From an uncultured Gammaproteobacteria bacterium (GTDB taxonomy: Bacteria; Patescibacteriota; Patescibacteriia; SBBC01; CAIJZX01), in assembly GCA_964397195.1 (NCBI GenBank), contig CAYNGY010000003.1, forward strand, positions 69,836 to 133,835: a stretch of DNA of 64,000 nucleotides, written 5' to 3'. Below, one piece after another: positions 46,693-55,916 of the stretch. The position numbers and the translations under genes are program-made. The first letter of the stretch is position 1; each line of letters opens with the position of its first letter. The notes under the pieces were generated by a model that ran no database searches, was not told the origin of the DNA, and was given only the letters and a program-made list of their open reading frames with translations.

Positions 46693-47853
46693 ATGAACAT
46701 TCCCAATCTACGGAGAGGGACTATGACCAAGACGGTATATCGTCCGAGCGGCGATGATGCCGCAACTCTGCTCACTGAGCTGACGGGTCTTCAGCACCGT
46801 TTCCTCCAGGCGGGCGTCAATCCGGAGCATGTCATCCGGACCATTCGTGAACTGCGTCTGCGACCGCAGCCGTTCAAGACCGGTGCCTACTACGAAGGCC
46901 GGTGGGATGACCTGTGGCCAACGGACGTCGGGTTCCTCGTGCGCGTCGGTGATGTCTTCACGATGCACACGGATACCGAGGTCTACCCGTTGTCGACCAG
47001 CGGTATGGGGTGGTGGCGTAAACATCGTCGCGGTCTACTCCTCCTGTCTGGTGGCTGGGCTTGTCTCGAAACGGGTCGTGCGCGGATCAGACTGGACCAG
47101 GGCATCCGCTGGCGGGCGCTCGAGCCACATCCGTACGGTGCGCTCGCCTACGAAGAGTTCGAGACCGAGCGGGGCCACAGCCGCGATCGGATCCATCTCG
47201 TGACTTGGCCGCCCGAGCCCGAGACGATGCGGCAAGATCAGCTGTCGGCGGTGGTCGTGATCGACGACCTGTCGCCGTTGCATCGGATCTACCCGTGTGC
47301 GGCCGGGTTGGTGTGGGACAGACATGATGGCGGCTGGGAACACAACCACGACTTCGTTCTCTGCACAGTCACTGGGTCGTTCCCACTGTTTACCGGTACG
47401 ACGTTCAACTACCTCGTGCACCCGGACGGCGTGATTGTCCAGACCATCCACGAGAAGTCGAGTCGGATCACCCTGCACACCGGCCACGAATCGCGGTTGT
47501 TGTGTGCGGACGTCGACTGCCGCGGCATCCAGCAGTCAAACGGTGCTGATCCGGTGTGGGGACTCGCACATCCGCGTGGGGTCGTCCTGCAGTGCGATGA
47601 GCGACTCGTGCTTTACACTGGTGACGAGGAGATCGTCCTCTATCCGCGTGGTCCGTACGAAGACGCCTGCATCAACGAACTTGGCGTGGTTTCCTTCCGG
47701 ACGTCGCGGAACCAGATCGTGCAGTGCGAGGTCGGTTGCGCGCCGCGTCTCGTCTCTGATATCCCGCACCGTATCGTCTTCGGTCCTCATCGTCACGGGG
47801 CACTGCTAGTCGAATCGGGCCGGGCGTTCATCTGCAGTCCGCGCGAGGACTGA
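46693..47853 (+). CDS. hypothetical protein (386 aa), high-GC orphan with degenerate internal repeats
   Basis: Long ORF followed by a clean terminator. Repeated units of the form ..(L/V)VL(Y/Q)(C/T)..E..V are present, and no motif was recognised. Confidence 0.5.
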   Translation: MNIPNLRRGTMTKTVYRPSGDDAATLLTELTGLQHRFLQAGVNPEHVIRTIRELRLRPQPFKTGAYYEGRWDDLWPTDVGFLVRVGDVFTMHTDTEVYPLSTSGMGWWRKHRRGLLLLSGGWACLETGRARIRLDQGIRWRALEPHPYGALAYEEFETERGHSRDRIHLVTWPPEPETMRQDQLSAVVVIDDLSPLHRIYPCAAGLVWDRHDGGWEHNHDFVLCTVTGSFPLFTGTTFNYLVHPDGVIVQTIHEKSSRITLHTGHESRLLCADVDCRGIQQSNGADPVWGLAHPRGVVLQCDERLVLYTGDEEIVLYPRGPYEDACINELGVVSFRTSRNQIVQCEVGCAPRLVSDIPHRIVFGPHRHGALLVESGRAFICSPRED

Positions 47854-47863
47854 ACCGTACCTG

Positions 47864-47889
47864 CCGGGCCTTCGGGCCCGGCGTTTTAT
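47864..47889 (+). terminator. intrinsic terminator
   Basis: Sequence gccgggcc-ttcg-ggcccggc followed by gtttta. Confidence 0.7.
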
Positions 47890-47921
47890 ATATCAATTCT
47901 CAAGTGTGCTATCATTTCCGC

Positions 47922-48557
47922 ATGACAATCACCAAACTCGGCCATTGCTGTCTCTTGATTAAAGAGGGAGCCCTGACCATTCTGACCGACCCCGGAACAT
48001 ATTCTACTGCCCAAGACGGGCTGACGGGTATTGATGTTATTTTGATTACCCACGAACACGCCGATCATTTTCATGTTGAGTCCTTGAAGAAAGTCTTGGT
48101 CAATAATCCCAGCGCCAAAATATATACGGTCAAGGGAGTCGCGGTTCTGCTCGATAAAGAGGGGATTTCCTATGAGCTTCTTGAACATGGCCAGAGCGTG
48201 ACGGAAAATGGTGTGACCATCGAAGGATTCGGTCAACTGCACGCCGATATGTATCCGGGCTGGCCGCGCGTTGATAACTGTGGGTACATGATTGCCGGGC
48301 GACTCTTTTATCCGGGCGATGCATTTACAAATCCAAACCGGCCGGTGGAATTCTTGGCGCTTCCGGTGGCGGGGCCGTGGATGAAGCTGAGCGAGGCGAT
48401 TGACTACGCCAAAGACCTAAAACCAAAAATGGCCTTTCCGGTGCATGATGGAATTTTGAAAACGCCGGGAATGGTTCACCGGCTTCCGGCCAAGTTTTTG
48501 AGTGAGGCGGGGATTGATTGGAAAGCCATGCTTGAAGGAGATCAGATTGATGTCTAA
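47922..48557 (+). CDS. MBL-fold metallo-hydrolase
   Basis: HEHADH metal-binding motif, about 210 aa. Confidence 0.75.
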   Translation: MTITKLGHCCLLIKEGALTILTDPGTYSTAQDGLTGIDVILITHEHADHFHVESLKKVLVNNPSAKIYTVKGVAVLLDKEGISYELLEHGQSVTENGVTIEGFGQLHADMYPGWPRVDNCGYMIAGRLFYPGDAFTNPNRPVEFLALPVAGPWMKLSEAIDYAKDLKPKMAFPVHDGILKTPGMVHRLPAKFLSEAGIDWKAMLEGDQIDV

Positions 48558-48972
48558 CGGCATGATTGCCCACAGCGCTGGTGGTGTGGTGCAGAACGTG
48601 CGAGGTGAAGTGCTTCTGATTCGACATGGGAATAATGCGTGGTCATTCCCAAAGGGCCATATTGAGCCGAATGAAGATGAATTAGTGGCGGCACGACGAG
48701 AGATTTCAGAAGAGGCAGGCATTACTGATCTAGCTTTTATTCAACCACTTGGCTCTTTTAGCCGCTATCGCCTCGACGCGAACGGAAAAGAGGATCACAA
48801 GGAATTCAAAGTGGTGCACATCTATCATTTTTCAACGGCGGAAATGTTTACGCAGCCGAAAGATTCAGACATACTTGAGGGGCGGTGGGTACCGGTGGCG
48901 GAAGTGGCGGACCTTTTGGCGCATCGAGCGGACAAAGAGTTTTATATATCAATCCAGCAGAAACTGTTGTGA
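48550..48972 (+). CDS. NUDIX hydrolase
   Basis: Nudix box GHIEPNEDELVAARREISEEAGI, with an ATG overlapping the MBL gene stop (ATGTCTAA). Confidence 0.7.
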   Translation: MSNGMIAHSAGGVVQNVRGEVLLIRHGNNAWSFPKGHIEPNEDELVAARREISEEAGITDLAFIQPLGSFSRYRLDANGKEDHKEFKVVHIYHFSTAEMFTQPKDSDILEGRWVPVAEVADLLAHRADKEFYISIQQKLL

Positions 48973-49475
48973 AAGACGAACTCTTGGATCTCGTAGACGA
49001 AAATGACCAGGTCATTGGCACGGTCATGAAGAGCGTGGCGCACGCCGAAAATAAACGCATTCGGATTATTCATGTCTTTATTTTTGATACGCAAGGGAGA
49101 ATGGCTGTCCAGTTGCGAAGCGAGAGCGTCAATTTCGCGCCGGGACATTGGGTGACGGCCGGCAGCGGGCATGTCGCGGCCGGTGAAACCTACGAGCAGG
49201 CGGGCGCCCGTGAGCTTCAGGAAGAACTCGGTATTTCTGTGCCGCTTACATTTGAGGGAACCGAGCGGTATCAATACGTCGATGGTACGGAAGAATTTCT
49301 CGGCGTCATGCGCGGGCAGTACGACGGTGAATTCGTTGTCCATCCCGAAGACGTGGCGCGGGTGGCGTGGTTCACGATGGATGACTTGCAGAACATGATC
49401 AGGCGCGGCGAAAAAATCCATCCGGAATTTCTTTTCTTACTTATAAAACGATTTGGCCTCACCCCTCGTCGGTGA
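48969..49475 (+). CDS. NUDIX hydrolase (second copy)
   Basis: Nudix box GHVAAGETYEQAGARELQEELGI. The likely GTG start overlaps the preceding stop (GTGA), and an alternative ATG lies further downstream. Confidence 0.55.
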   Translation: MKDELLDLVDENDQVIGTVMKSVAHAENKRIRIIHVFIFDTQGRMAVQLRSESVNFAPGHWVTAGSGHVAAGETYEQAGARELQEELGISVPLTFEGTERYQYVDGTEEFLGVMRGQYDGEFVVHPEDVARVAWFTMDDLQNMIRRGEKIHPEFLFLLIKRFGLTPRR

Positions 49476-49786
49476 GGTTTTCGGTGAATACGCCGGAATG
49501 GATTAGGGTCGAGACGGAAAGTGTTCCACAGCCTTGTCAGGTACGCAGGGGGCGAGTAAATGGAATACTGGTGACGAATACGACACATCTCTCCACAACC
49601 ACGGCGGTTGCCATGTTCAGTGTGAGCGATATACTGCAGATACATAGATTTTAGAGAACGGTACCAGTTTTCTACAAATCCTCCGGTGCCCCCGGACAGG
49701 CTCGAGTCGACGACACGCGACTCATATGGCCACACAAGGACGACCCCCGCGGGTCGTTCTTGGTTTGTATGATATACTTTAACAGT

Positions 49787-50131
49787 ATGAAATTGCACTG
49801 GAAAATAAATATCGTGGTCGGAGTGGTGACGGTGGTTATTGGGGCGGTTCTATTTACCGCGACGAGTGTGGTGGTTGACGCTGATTGTTTGACGATGTCG
49901 ACTCCGGGCACCGGGTGCCGCGTCTATCGCGGAGTGAACGCGATCGTGCAAACATATACGGATGTCTGGCGCTCCCTCTTTGCTCGGCGTTGTCTCGGCG
50001 GGAATGGTTCAGATGACTGTCTCGGTCCCGACCTGACGATCATGGTGGCGACGCTCTTCGTGATTGGATTTGTCGTCAGCGAAATAACGCTCCGCACGCG
50101 TCGAACAACGACGATACCGCCTCATGCCTGA
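49787..50131 (+). CDS. small membrane protein, hypothetical
   Basis: TATACT box 10 nt upstream, and three predicted TM helices. Confidence 0.45.
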   Translation: MKLHWKINIVVGVVTVVIGAVLFTATSVVVDADCLTMSTPGTGCRVYRGVNAIVQTYTDVWRSLFARRCLGGNGSDDCLGPDLTIMVATLFVIGFVVSEITLRTRRTTTIPPHA

Positions 50132-50414
50132 TGTTCTTCCACCGACAAAGACACCGCTGACCACCCAACGAATTTTCTGGTTGGTTGGAAGTTTAGTGGT
50201 CGGCTACCTAGTGGGGAATATTATGTTCATGTTGCCGTTTGCCGCGATATTGTATTTCCTTGTGCCCGATACGCGATTTAATGCGCGTTGGATATGGTGG
50301 CGAAAACTGGCTATGCCGTGGCGGGCGGTCATGACGGTAGTGGCGATGTACATTTTTGTGTTTGTTTTTATGATTAGTTTTGCGCCGTGGCTGACAAGCG
50401 GGATGGGGTCGTAA
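50124..50414 (+). CDS. small membrane protein, hypothetical
   Basis: 96 aa with three predicted TM helices. It overlaps the previous gene by 8 nt. Confidence 0.45.
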   Translation: MPDVLPPTKTPLTTQRIFWLVGSLVVGYLVGNIMFMLPFAAILYFLVPDTRFNARWIWWRKLAMPWRAVMTVVAMYIFVFVFMISFAPWLTSGMGS

Positions 50415-50498
50415 CTGCCGAAAATAAATCACCGACATGGCAGGGCCAGAGGTCGGTGGGTTGGTGTCCGTGACGAAGCGGACGGAGGTGCGGCTGGG

Positions 50499-50978
50499 CT
50501 AGACGGTGACGGCACTGCCTTCCACTTCCGCCTCGGCCATGGTGAGCAGGGGCAGAAGCGGCTCGATGATGGTCCCGGCGTAGAGCAGGGCCAGGTTGAG
50601 GTTGGCGCCGCTGACGACGTTGATCTTGCGGCCGCGCTGGTTGGCGACCACACAGTCGACCGATCGCCCGGCGCGGGTGCTGAAGAAGCCGAGCTGACCG
50701 CCGGCCACGACCCACTCGTCGAGCGAACTGGTTGGGCGTGGGGCGCCCATCAGGTAGTGCGTCTGGTGCGGTTCGGGACGGGCGTGCTGGACGGCGACGT
50801 AGTTGTCGGAGAGCGCGGCCAGGGCCGATTCGAGCGACCATCCAGTCACCATCATGGTGGGCTCGTCTTCGCCTTCGAGCAACAACGAAGCCTGACGGGC
50901 GGTACCGCCATTGGGTGCCGGCGTGGCGATCACGCGGAACCCATGCTTCACTGCGTCCTGCAGGGGTTGGAAGATCAT
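50499..50978 (-). CDS. hypothetical protein (160 aa), high-GC orphan
   Basis: Strong RBS ccggaaaggagggg before the ATG at MIFQPL. No motif was recognised. Confidence 0.5.
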   Translation of the reverse strand: MIFQPLQDAVKHGFRVIATPAPNGGTARQASLLLEGEDEPTMMVTGWSLESALAALSDNYVAVQHARPEPHQTHYLMGAPRPTSSLDEWVVAGGQLGFFSTRAGRSVDCVVANQRGRKINVVSGANLNLALLYAGTIIEPLLPLLTMAEAEVEGSAVTV

Positions 50979-51094
50979 TGGAAACCCCTCCTTTCCGGGG
51001 TTGAGACTACTCCAAAACACTGAATTCCGTCAATATGGTTCTCGGTCAGGGTGGCGTGGTGTATACTAGACGTACATTCACTTTCCATATAGCT

Positions 51095-51796
51095 ATGCAC
51101 GAGGGATACAATCCGGCCCATGAGAAGATGATGGGCGAGGCAGCGTTCATCAACGAGTCCTTCGATCGATACGATGTGTTACGTACTGGTGAAAAACCGC
51201 CGGAGGCTCAGGAAACCGAGCGAGGATGGGAGCACCATGATGCGGATGGAAAGCTCGTGGCGAAAAGTGAAAAATGGAACGATCGGCAAGTGACGCAGTT
51301 TTCGTACGCTGAGGACGGATCCCATATTGAGCATGGCCTTCTAACGGAAACCGGTGACGAGGAAAAAGAAGGTCGGATGGTGGAGCGACACTACGAGTCG
51401 CGTGACGTTGCTATCAATGTCAATGGAGCGGCGGCGAGTGGGCAATTGTTTGAATACGGATTTACGAAGTTTCCGAACGCCGTAGCGCGCGAATCTGCGC
51501 AACATGGCGGCGACCTACCTGAGCCGAGCGAATGGTTTGCCAAGGTTCGCATTGATGACCCGGAGACGCTCGCCGCGATGGACTTCGGGACGCTTTTGAA
51601 GCAGGGTTCGAACGAGGGCGGTGAATGGCGCGAGTACCAGGCGAGCCAAGAGATGATTGATTTAGGCATCACCGTTGGCGAACAGTCATACCACAATCGT
51701 CTCAATAAAATTTCCGTTGATTACACGCTCGTCGACGGCGTCATGATGCCGATCAAAGCGACGGTTCGTTTTCACGGCGCTGAACGGGCATCGTAA
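51095..51796 (+). CDS. hypothetical acidic protein (233 aa)
   Basis: TATACT box 28 nt upstream of the ATG. No motif was recognised. Confidence 0.5.
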   Translation: MHEGYNPAHEKMMGEAAFINESFDRYDVLRTGEKPPEAQETERGWEHHDADGKLVAKSEKWNDRQVTQFSYAEDGSHIEHGLLTETGDEEKEGRMVERHYESRDVAINVNGAAASGQLFEYGFTKFPNAVARESAQHGGDLPEPSEWFAKVRIDDPETLAAMDFGTLLKQGSNEGGEWREYQASQEMIDLGITVGEQSYHNRLNKISVDYTLVDGVMMPIKATVRFHGAERAS

Positions 51797-51798
51797 AC

Positions 51799-52395
51799 AT
51801 GTCTGATCGTCGTCTCATCTACTTCGACTATCATGGCGTGCTTGATCGTCGCGGGTATCGGGGGTTGATGCTGGCGATTGCCCGTGGGGCCGGGACGGAA
51901 CCGAGTGAGGCTTTTTTTGCGCGTCTGGAACCGATGGTCTATCTCTATGCCGCCGGGCAAACGGTGCCGCTCGAATTTTGGACCAAATTGTCAGCCCAGT
52001 ATGGAGCGAGCGCGGCCGATGCCGGTCGAAAGTATTATCTCCATGTCGATCCGATCCATCCGATGTGGGTGTTGCTGAATCAGCTCCATCAAACCGTTGA
52101 ACTCGGACTTTGTACTGATAGCGCGCTTGATAAGAAAGAGGTTATTCGGCACGCCTACGATCTGCCAACGTTCTTCGACCAGCTCGTTTTCTCTTGTGAC
52201 CTTGGGCGGACAAAGCATGACCCCTTTTTCTACCAAGCCCTGCTGCAGGGTCATCAGTATCAATCCGGGGATATTCTTTTGATCGATGATGACGAAAAAA
52301 ATGTGGCCATGGCTCAGGCCGCTGGAATCCCAGCTTTCCTTCACGTCTCTCCGGCAACAACGATTCGCTTTTTGACGGGAAAAAAATCTATATGA
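51799..52395 (+). CDS. HAD-superfamily hydrolase
   Basis: Motif I near the N-terminus and LIDDDEKNV motif IV-like acidic residues. Confidence 0.6.
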   Translation: MSDRRLIYFDYHGVLDRRGYRGLMLAIARGAGTEPSEAFFARLEPMVYLYAAGQTVPLEFWTKLSAQYGASAADAGRKYYLHVDPIHPMWVLLNQLHQTVELGLCTDSALDKKEVIRHAYDLPTFFDQLVFSCDLGRTKHDPFFYQALLQGHQYQSGDILLIDDDEKNVAMAQAAGIPAFLHVSPATTIRFLTGKKSI

Positions 52396-52811
52396 ATGTA
52401 TCATTCAAAAAACTTCGGCCCGAGGCGATTGTGCCTTACCAGAAAGATCCGCAGAGCGCCGGTTGGGACTTAGCGACACCAGACGCCGTGACGCTTAAAG
52501 CCGGGGAACGAAAGCTGTTTCCGCTCGGTATCGCGGCTGAATTCCCGGACGGCTACGTCGCCCTCTTTCGTGATCGCTCAAGTTTTGGTGCCAAAGGAAT
52601 TCAGGTCTTGGCCGGAGTCGTCGATGCCTCGTATCGTGGTGAGTGGACGGTGGTGCTCCTGAATACATCGAATTTGAATTATACTATTGCCGCCGGGGAC
52701 CGGATTGCCCAGTGCCTCTTTTTCCCAATTGCGCCGGCCAATGTCGAAGAGGTCCAGGCATTATCGGATACCGCCCGTGGGGCAGGCGGATTTGGGAGTA
52801 GTGGACGATGA
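52392..52811 (+). CDS. dut: dUTP diphosphatase
   Basis: AGVVDASYRGEW (motif 3) and the C-terminal RG.GGFGSSG motif 5. Confidence 0.85.
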   Translation: MNVSFKKLRPEAIVPYQKDPQSAGWDLATPDAVTLKAGERKLFPLGIAAEFPDGYVALFRDRSSFGAKGIQVLAGVVDASYRGEWTVVLLNTSNLNYTIAAGDRIAQCLFFPIAPANVEEVQALSDTARGAGGFGSSGR

Positions 52812-53191
52812 GTGATCCAGTCATGAATCCAAACCTGACCCCAGAACAGGTCAATGTGTGTTTTCGGAAGGGGACGGAACCGCCCGGAAGTGGCAAGTGG
52901 TTAGGCCATCATGCGGTTGGGGCGTACGTTTGCGCTAATTGCGGGCAAGAACTGTTTCGATCTACGACGAAGTTTGATTCGGGAACCGGCTGGCCAAGTT
53001 TTTGGGAAACCGCTGATCCAGCCGCGGTCAAGATGGAAAAAGACGAGTCACTCGGGATGGAGCGCACCGAAGTGCAGTGTGGCCGGTGTGGGGCGCACCT
53101 AGGGCACGTGTTTGACGACGGACCGAAACCATCCGGCCAGCGGTATTGTATCAATTCGTTAGCACTTGATTTCGTAGCGGAAAAAAAGTGA
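52808..53191 (+). CDS. msrB: peptide-methionine (R)-S-oxide reductase MsrB
   Basis: Two CxxC zinc sites (CANCG, CGRCG) and the catalytic region GWPSF. Confidence 0.88.
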   Translation: MSDPVMNPNLTPEQVNVCFRKGTEPPGSGKWLGHHAVGAYVCANCGQELFRSTTKFDSGTGWPSFWETADPAAVKMEKDESLGMERTEVQCGRCGAHLGHVFDDGPKPSGQRYCINSLALDFVAEKK

Positions 53192-53227
53192 CCGACCGGG
53201 CGCGTGGGGCGCCCGATCGGATGTACA

Positions 53228-53461
53228 TCAGTCCGGCCATTCGATGGCGCTGGCCAGGATGCCGCACAGACCGGCCTGGAGCGACGCCTTCTCGATCAGC
53301 TTGTTCTTGACCGTCTCCTTCAGCCGATCGTCTTGGATCTCGATCGTTTGGAAGGCGATCGTGCCTTCGAGCGGCTGGCCGTCGACGAGGCGGTTGTCCG
53401 CGACGAATCGACCGACATACCGATCGCCGACTTTGGCGACGATAGCCATGTAGAACGCCAC
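53228..53461 (-). CDS. small hypothetical protein (77 aa)
   Basis: Second gene of a minus-strand pair. It shares a VKVG..Y.G pattern with the upstream 84-aa protein. Confidence 0.4.
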   Translation of the reverse strand: MAFYMAIVAKVGDRYVGRFVADNRLVDGQPLEGTIAFQTIEIQDDRLKETVKNKLIEKASLQAGLCGILASAIEWPD

Positions 53462-53489
53462 AGGCTACTCCTTCTCCGAGGGTTGGAAC

Positions 53490-53741
53490 CTACGGTGTGA
53501 CGTCCTCGGCGATCTTCCGACGACGGGCTTCTTCGCGGACGGACTTCTTCAGCCGATCCTGGATGCTCGCGTCGAGCTCGTTGGCCTCGATCGGCGTGGT
53601 GTCGAAGATGTGCTGGCCGGGGATCGGCGTGATCGACTCGACGGTACTGTCGGGGCCGAGTCGGACCGGTTCGCCATCGCATGTCCAGTTCCCGTAGTGG
53701 TGGGGACCGACTTTGACGACGGTGATGCCGAACTTCTTCAT
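53490..53741 (-). CDS. small hypothetical protein (84 aa)
   Basis: Excellent RBS (aaaggaggtgagaaacacc ATG). Confidence 0.5.
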   Translation of the reverse strand: MKKFGITVVKVGPHHYGNWTCDGEPVRLGPDSTVESITPIPGQHIFDTTPIEANELDASIQDRLKKSVREEARRRKIAEDVTP

Positions 53742-53900
53742 GGTGTTTCTCACCTCCTTTGGGATTATCCCGGTTCGCGGCAGGGGAAACGAGGCAAGCC
53801 TATGGTTCAGGGGAGGTTCTGTCAAGGCCGAAGCCTGATCATCTAGCGACGGCTACTCCGGAGAGACACGGTAAATAAATGAGCCCACCGGTGAGATGGG

Positions 53901-54350
53901 CTACTTGGTGATGGTCGCAGGTGCGTAGAGGCCGCGACCGGTGCTGTTATGCAAGCGACATCGGATGAGCAGGGCGAGGTAGTTCGCCGCCGTGTACAGC
54001 GTGCGGTGCATGATCCCTTGTCCCCGTCCCGGGGCCAGGGTCGTGAGGCTCGGCAGATCGGCGTTCGAATCGAACTGGAGCTTCATGTACACCGTGATTG
54101 TTTGCCGCCGGTAGCCTCGTCGCTGCGTCCACTCACCGCGGACGATGTACGAGTACGGGGCGACGGTCGCGGCCGGAATGGTGACATAGAATTGCCAGGT
54201 CGGGAGATTGCGGGCGATGACGTCGCGGACAATCAGTGGGGAGACCGGGTGCGCGTTGAAGACGTCTGGTTGTTGGCTGACGAGTTCAACGTTCTGACCG
54301 ACGACGGGTACAAAGGTCGATGGGCGTTGTCTTCTTTTTTTGGTGGACAC
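53901..54350 (-). CDS. hypothetical basic protein (about 150 aa)
   Basis: GTG start preceded by GGAGGG. The longer ORF extends to 54419. Confidence 0.4.
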   Translation of the reverse strand: MSTKKRRQRPSTFVPVVGQNVELVSQQPDVFNAHPVSPLIVRDVIARNLPTWQFYVTIPAATVAPYSYIVRGEWTQRRGYRRQTITVYMKLQFDSNADLPSLTTLAPGRGQGIMHRTLYTAANYLALLIRCRLHNSTGRGLYAPATITK

Positions 54351-54783
54351 GATGTCCCTCCAATCTCGTGCGGGGGCTGACCGCGGGATGATCCTACGCG
54401 GTTGTGACAGGCTCGTCAAACCTCATGCACAGCTTGACGGTGGAACGCGCGCGCGAGAAAATACCTGTATCAGTAGCGCCGTCGCTCAAGACAGCGACGG
54501 CGCTAAGAGACAGCCGTCGCCCCTTGATATGACTCTCACTCGCGTTGCTCGATCGGCAGGTGGCACGACGACGGCGCTGTCAATCGGGATAGGTTGATGA
54601 CGGAGGGGAAAACCGACGTCGACACACCGTCCGCATAGCGATGATCATTCATTATTCAAACGCCAAGCCACCAACGTTTGTCTCCCTTGCTATCCGGGCG
54701 GTCTGTCGGCGAATCGCCTATCGGGACTGACAAATAGTCGTGGCTCTGGAGTGAGGACCGATGGTGGGGCGAAGGAGAATCGT

Positions 54784-55161
54784 ATGGACCTTAACAAAAT
54801 AACGCTGATTGGACATGTCGTCCGTGATCCGGAAGTCAGACGGATGTCGTCTGGAGCGAGTCTGACGAAATTTAGTTTGGCCACGAACTACGTCTATCAA
54901 GACGCACGATCTCAGGCCAAAAAAGAAACCGTAGATTTCCACGATTTGACCGCTTGGGGGAAGCTCGGTGAAATTATCGGCCAGTATGTGAAGAAGGGCG
55001 CCAAGATTTACGTCGAGGGTCGCCTGCGAAATCGTGCCTTTGTTGGGAAGGATGGCCAGAAGCGCTCGAAGGCGGAAATTGTGGCGGATAATCTGATTAT
55101 GCTCGGGCACCGCGCGCCAAAACAGGCAGCGGTAGTACGGGAAGAGCCGGAGGAGGAATAA
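54784..55161 (+). CDS. ssb: single-stranded DNA-binding protein
   Basis: OB-fold N-terminus (ITLIGHVVRDPEVR) and an acidic C-terminal tail EEPEEE, with an AAGGAG RBS. Confidence 0.8.
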   Translation: MDLNKITLIGHVVRDPEVRRMSSGASLTKFSLATNYVYQDARSQAKKETVDFHDLTAWGKLGEIIGQYVKKGAKIYVEGRLRNRAFVGKDGQKRSKAEIVADNLIMLGHRAPKQAAVVREEPEEE

Positions 55162-55338
55162 CAATCAGCGTGCGCCGTCCGCGGGGCCGGACGGACGCTC
55201 GTCTCTCTCTGTCGTTTCACACGACTAGCCGCTCAACTTGGCGCCGCGAGGCGCCGAGGCGCACGGGCACCGCGTGGCGGCAGTGCGATGGACGATGGGG
55301 AGGGAGGAGCGATAGGTGGTGGCGGAAGGGTTAACGAT

Positions 55339-55899
55339 ATGAAACGACAGTTGATCGCGTTGGCGATCGTCGGGGTATTGAGTGTCACGGTCATGCCGAG
55401 TGCCACCCACGCATATTCGTATGCCGGTATGCGCTGGCCGTCGACGTATCCAAACGTGACGGTCACAATCGATAACAGTACTATTCCGACCCAATGGAAT
55501 TCGGCCTTCACGTCAGCCATGTCGGCGTGGAACAATGCTGGGTCGCGGATGCGTTTCTCGAACTATGTCGGCGGCAGCCATACGGTCAGTTTGAAGTTCG
55601 CGTGGTTTGCGCCGTGGCTGGCCTTAACGACGACCTCGTATACGGGAAGTACAATCTTCGACTGCAAGACCGTTTTCAACAACCGCTATTCGTGGGACGT
55701 GAATGGCGCGTGGAACAAGTATGATGCTTGGTCGGTCATGACCCATGAATTTGGGCACTGGATTACCCTTAATGATCTCTATGGGTCTGGTGATCGAGAA
55801 AAAACGATGTATGGTTCTGGCTTGCCGGGTGAAGTTCGACAACGATCACTCGATATCGACGATGTGAATGGCATTCGTTCGGTGTATGGTGTACGATAA
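55339..55899 (+). CDS. secreted zinc metalloprotease (metzincin/snapalysin-like)
   Basis: Signal peptide, HEFGHWITLND (HExxHxxxxxD) and a downstream TMYG Met-turn candidate. Confidence 0.6.
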   Translation: MKRQLIALAIVGVLSVTVMPSATHAYSYAGMRWPSTYPNVTVTIDNSTIPTQWNSAFTSAMSAWNNAGSRMRFSNYVGGSHTVSLKFAWFAPWLALTTTSYTGSTIFDCKTVFNNRYSWDVNGAWNKYDAWSVMTHEFGHWITLNDLYGSGDREKTMYGSGLPGEVRQRSLDIDDVNGIRSVYGVR

Positions 55900-55916
55900 T
55901 CATAATTCTTGAGCAT

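Noticed and set aside
49476-49786. tmRNA, RNase P RNA or SRP RNA in the long intergenic region
   Set aside because: None of the universally conserved motifs (tmRNA tRNA-like 3' end GGTTCGAATCC..CCA, RNase P AGGAAAGTCCGGGCTCC, SRP GGAAGCAGCCAAGGCAG) are present.
49271-49798. 175-aa minus-strand ORF across the NUDIX 3' end and the structured intergenic region
   Set aside because: It overlaps a well-supported NUDIX gene in antisense, and the remaining part is Arg-rich low complexity. The region more likely represents non-coding structure.
50374-50841. 155-aa Arg/Pro/Gln-rich minus-strand ORF and several plus-strand ORFs (50732-51023) overlapping the 50499-50978 gene
   Set aside because: These are alternative frames of a GC-rich gene. 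The frame that has a strong RBS and a coherent composition was retained.
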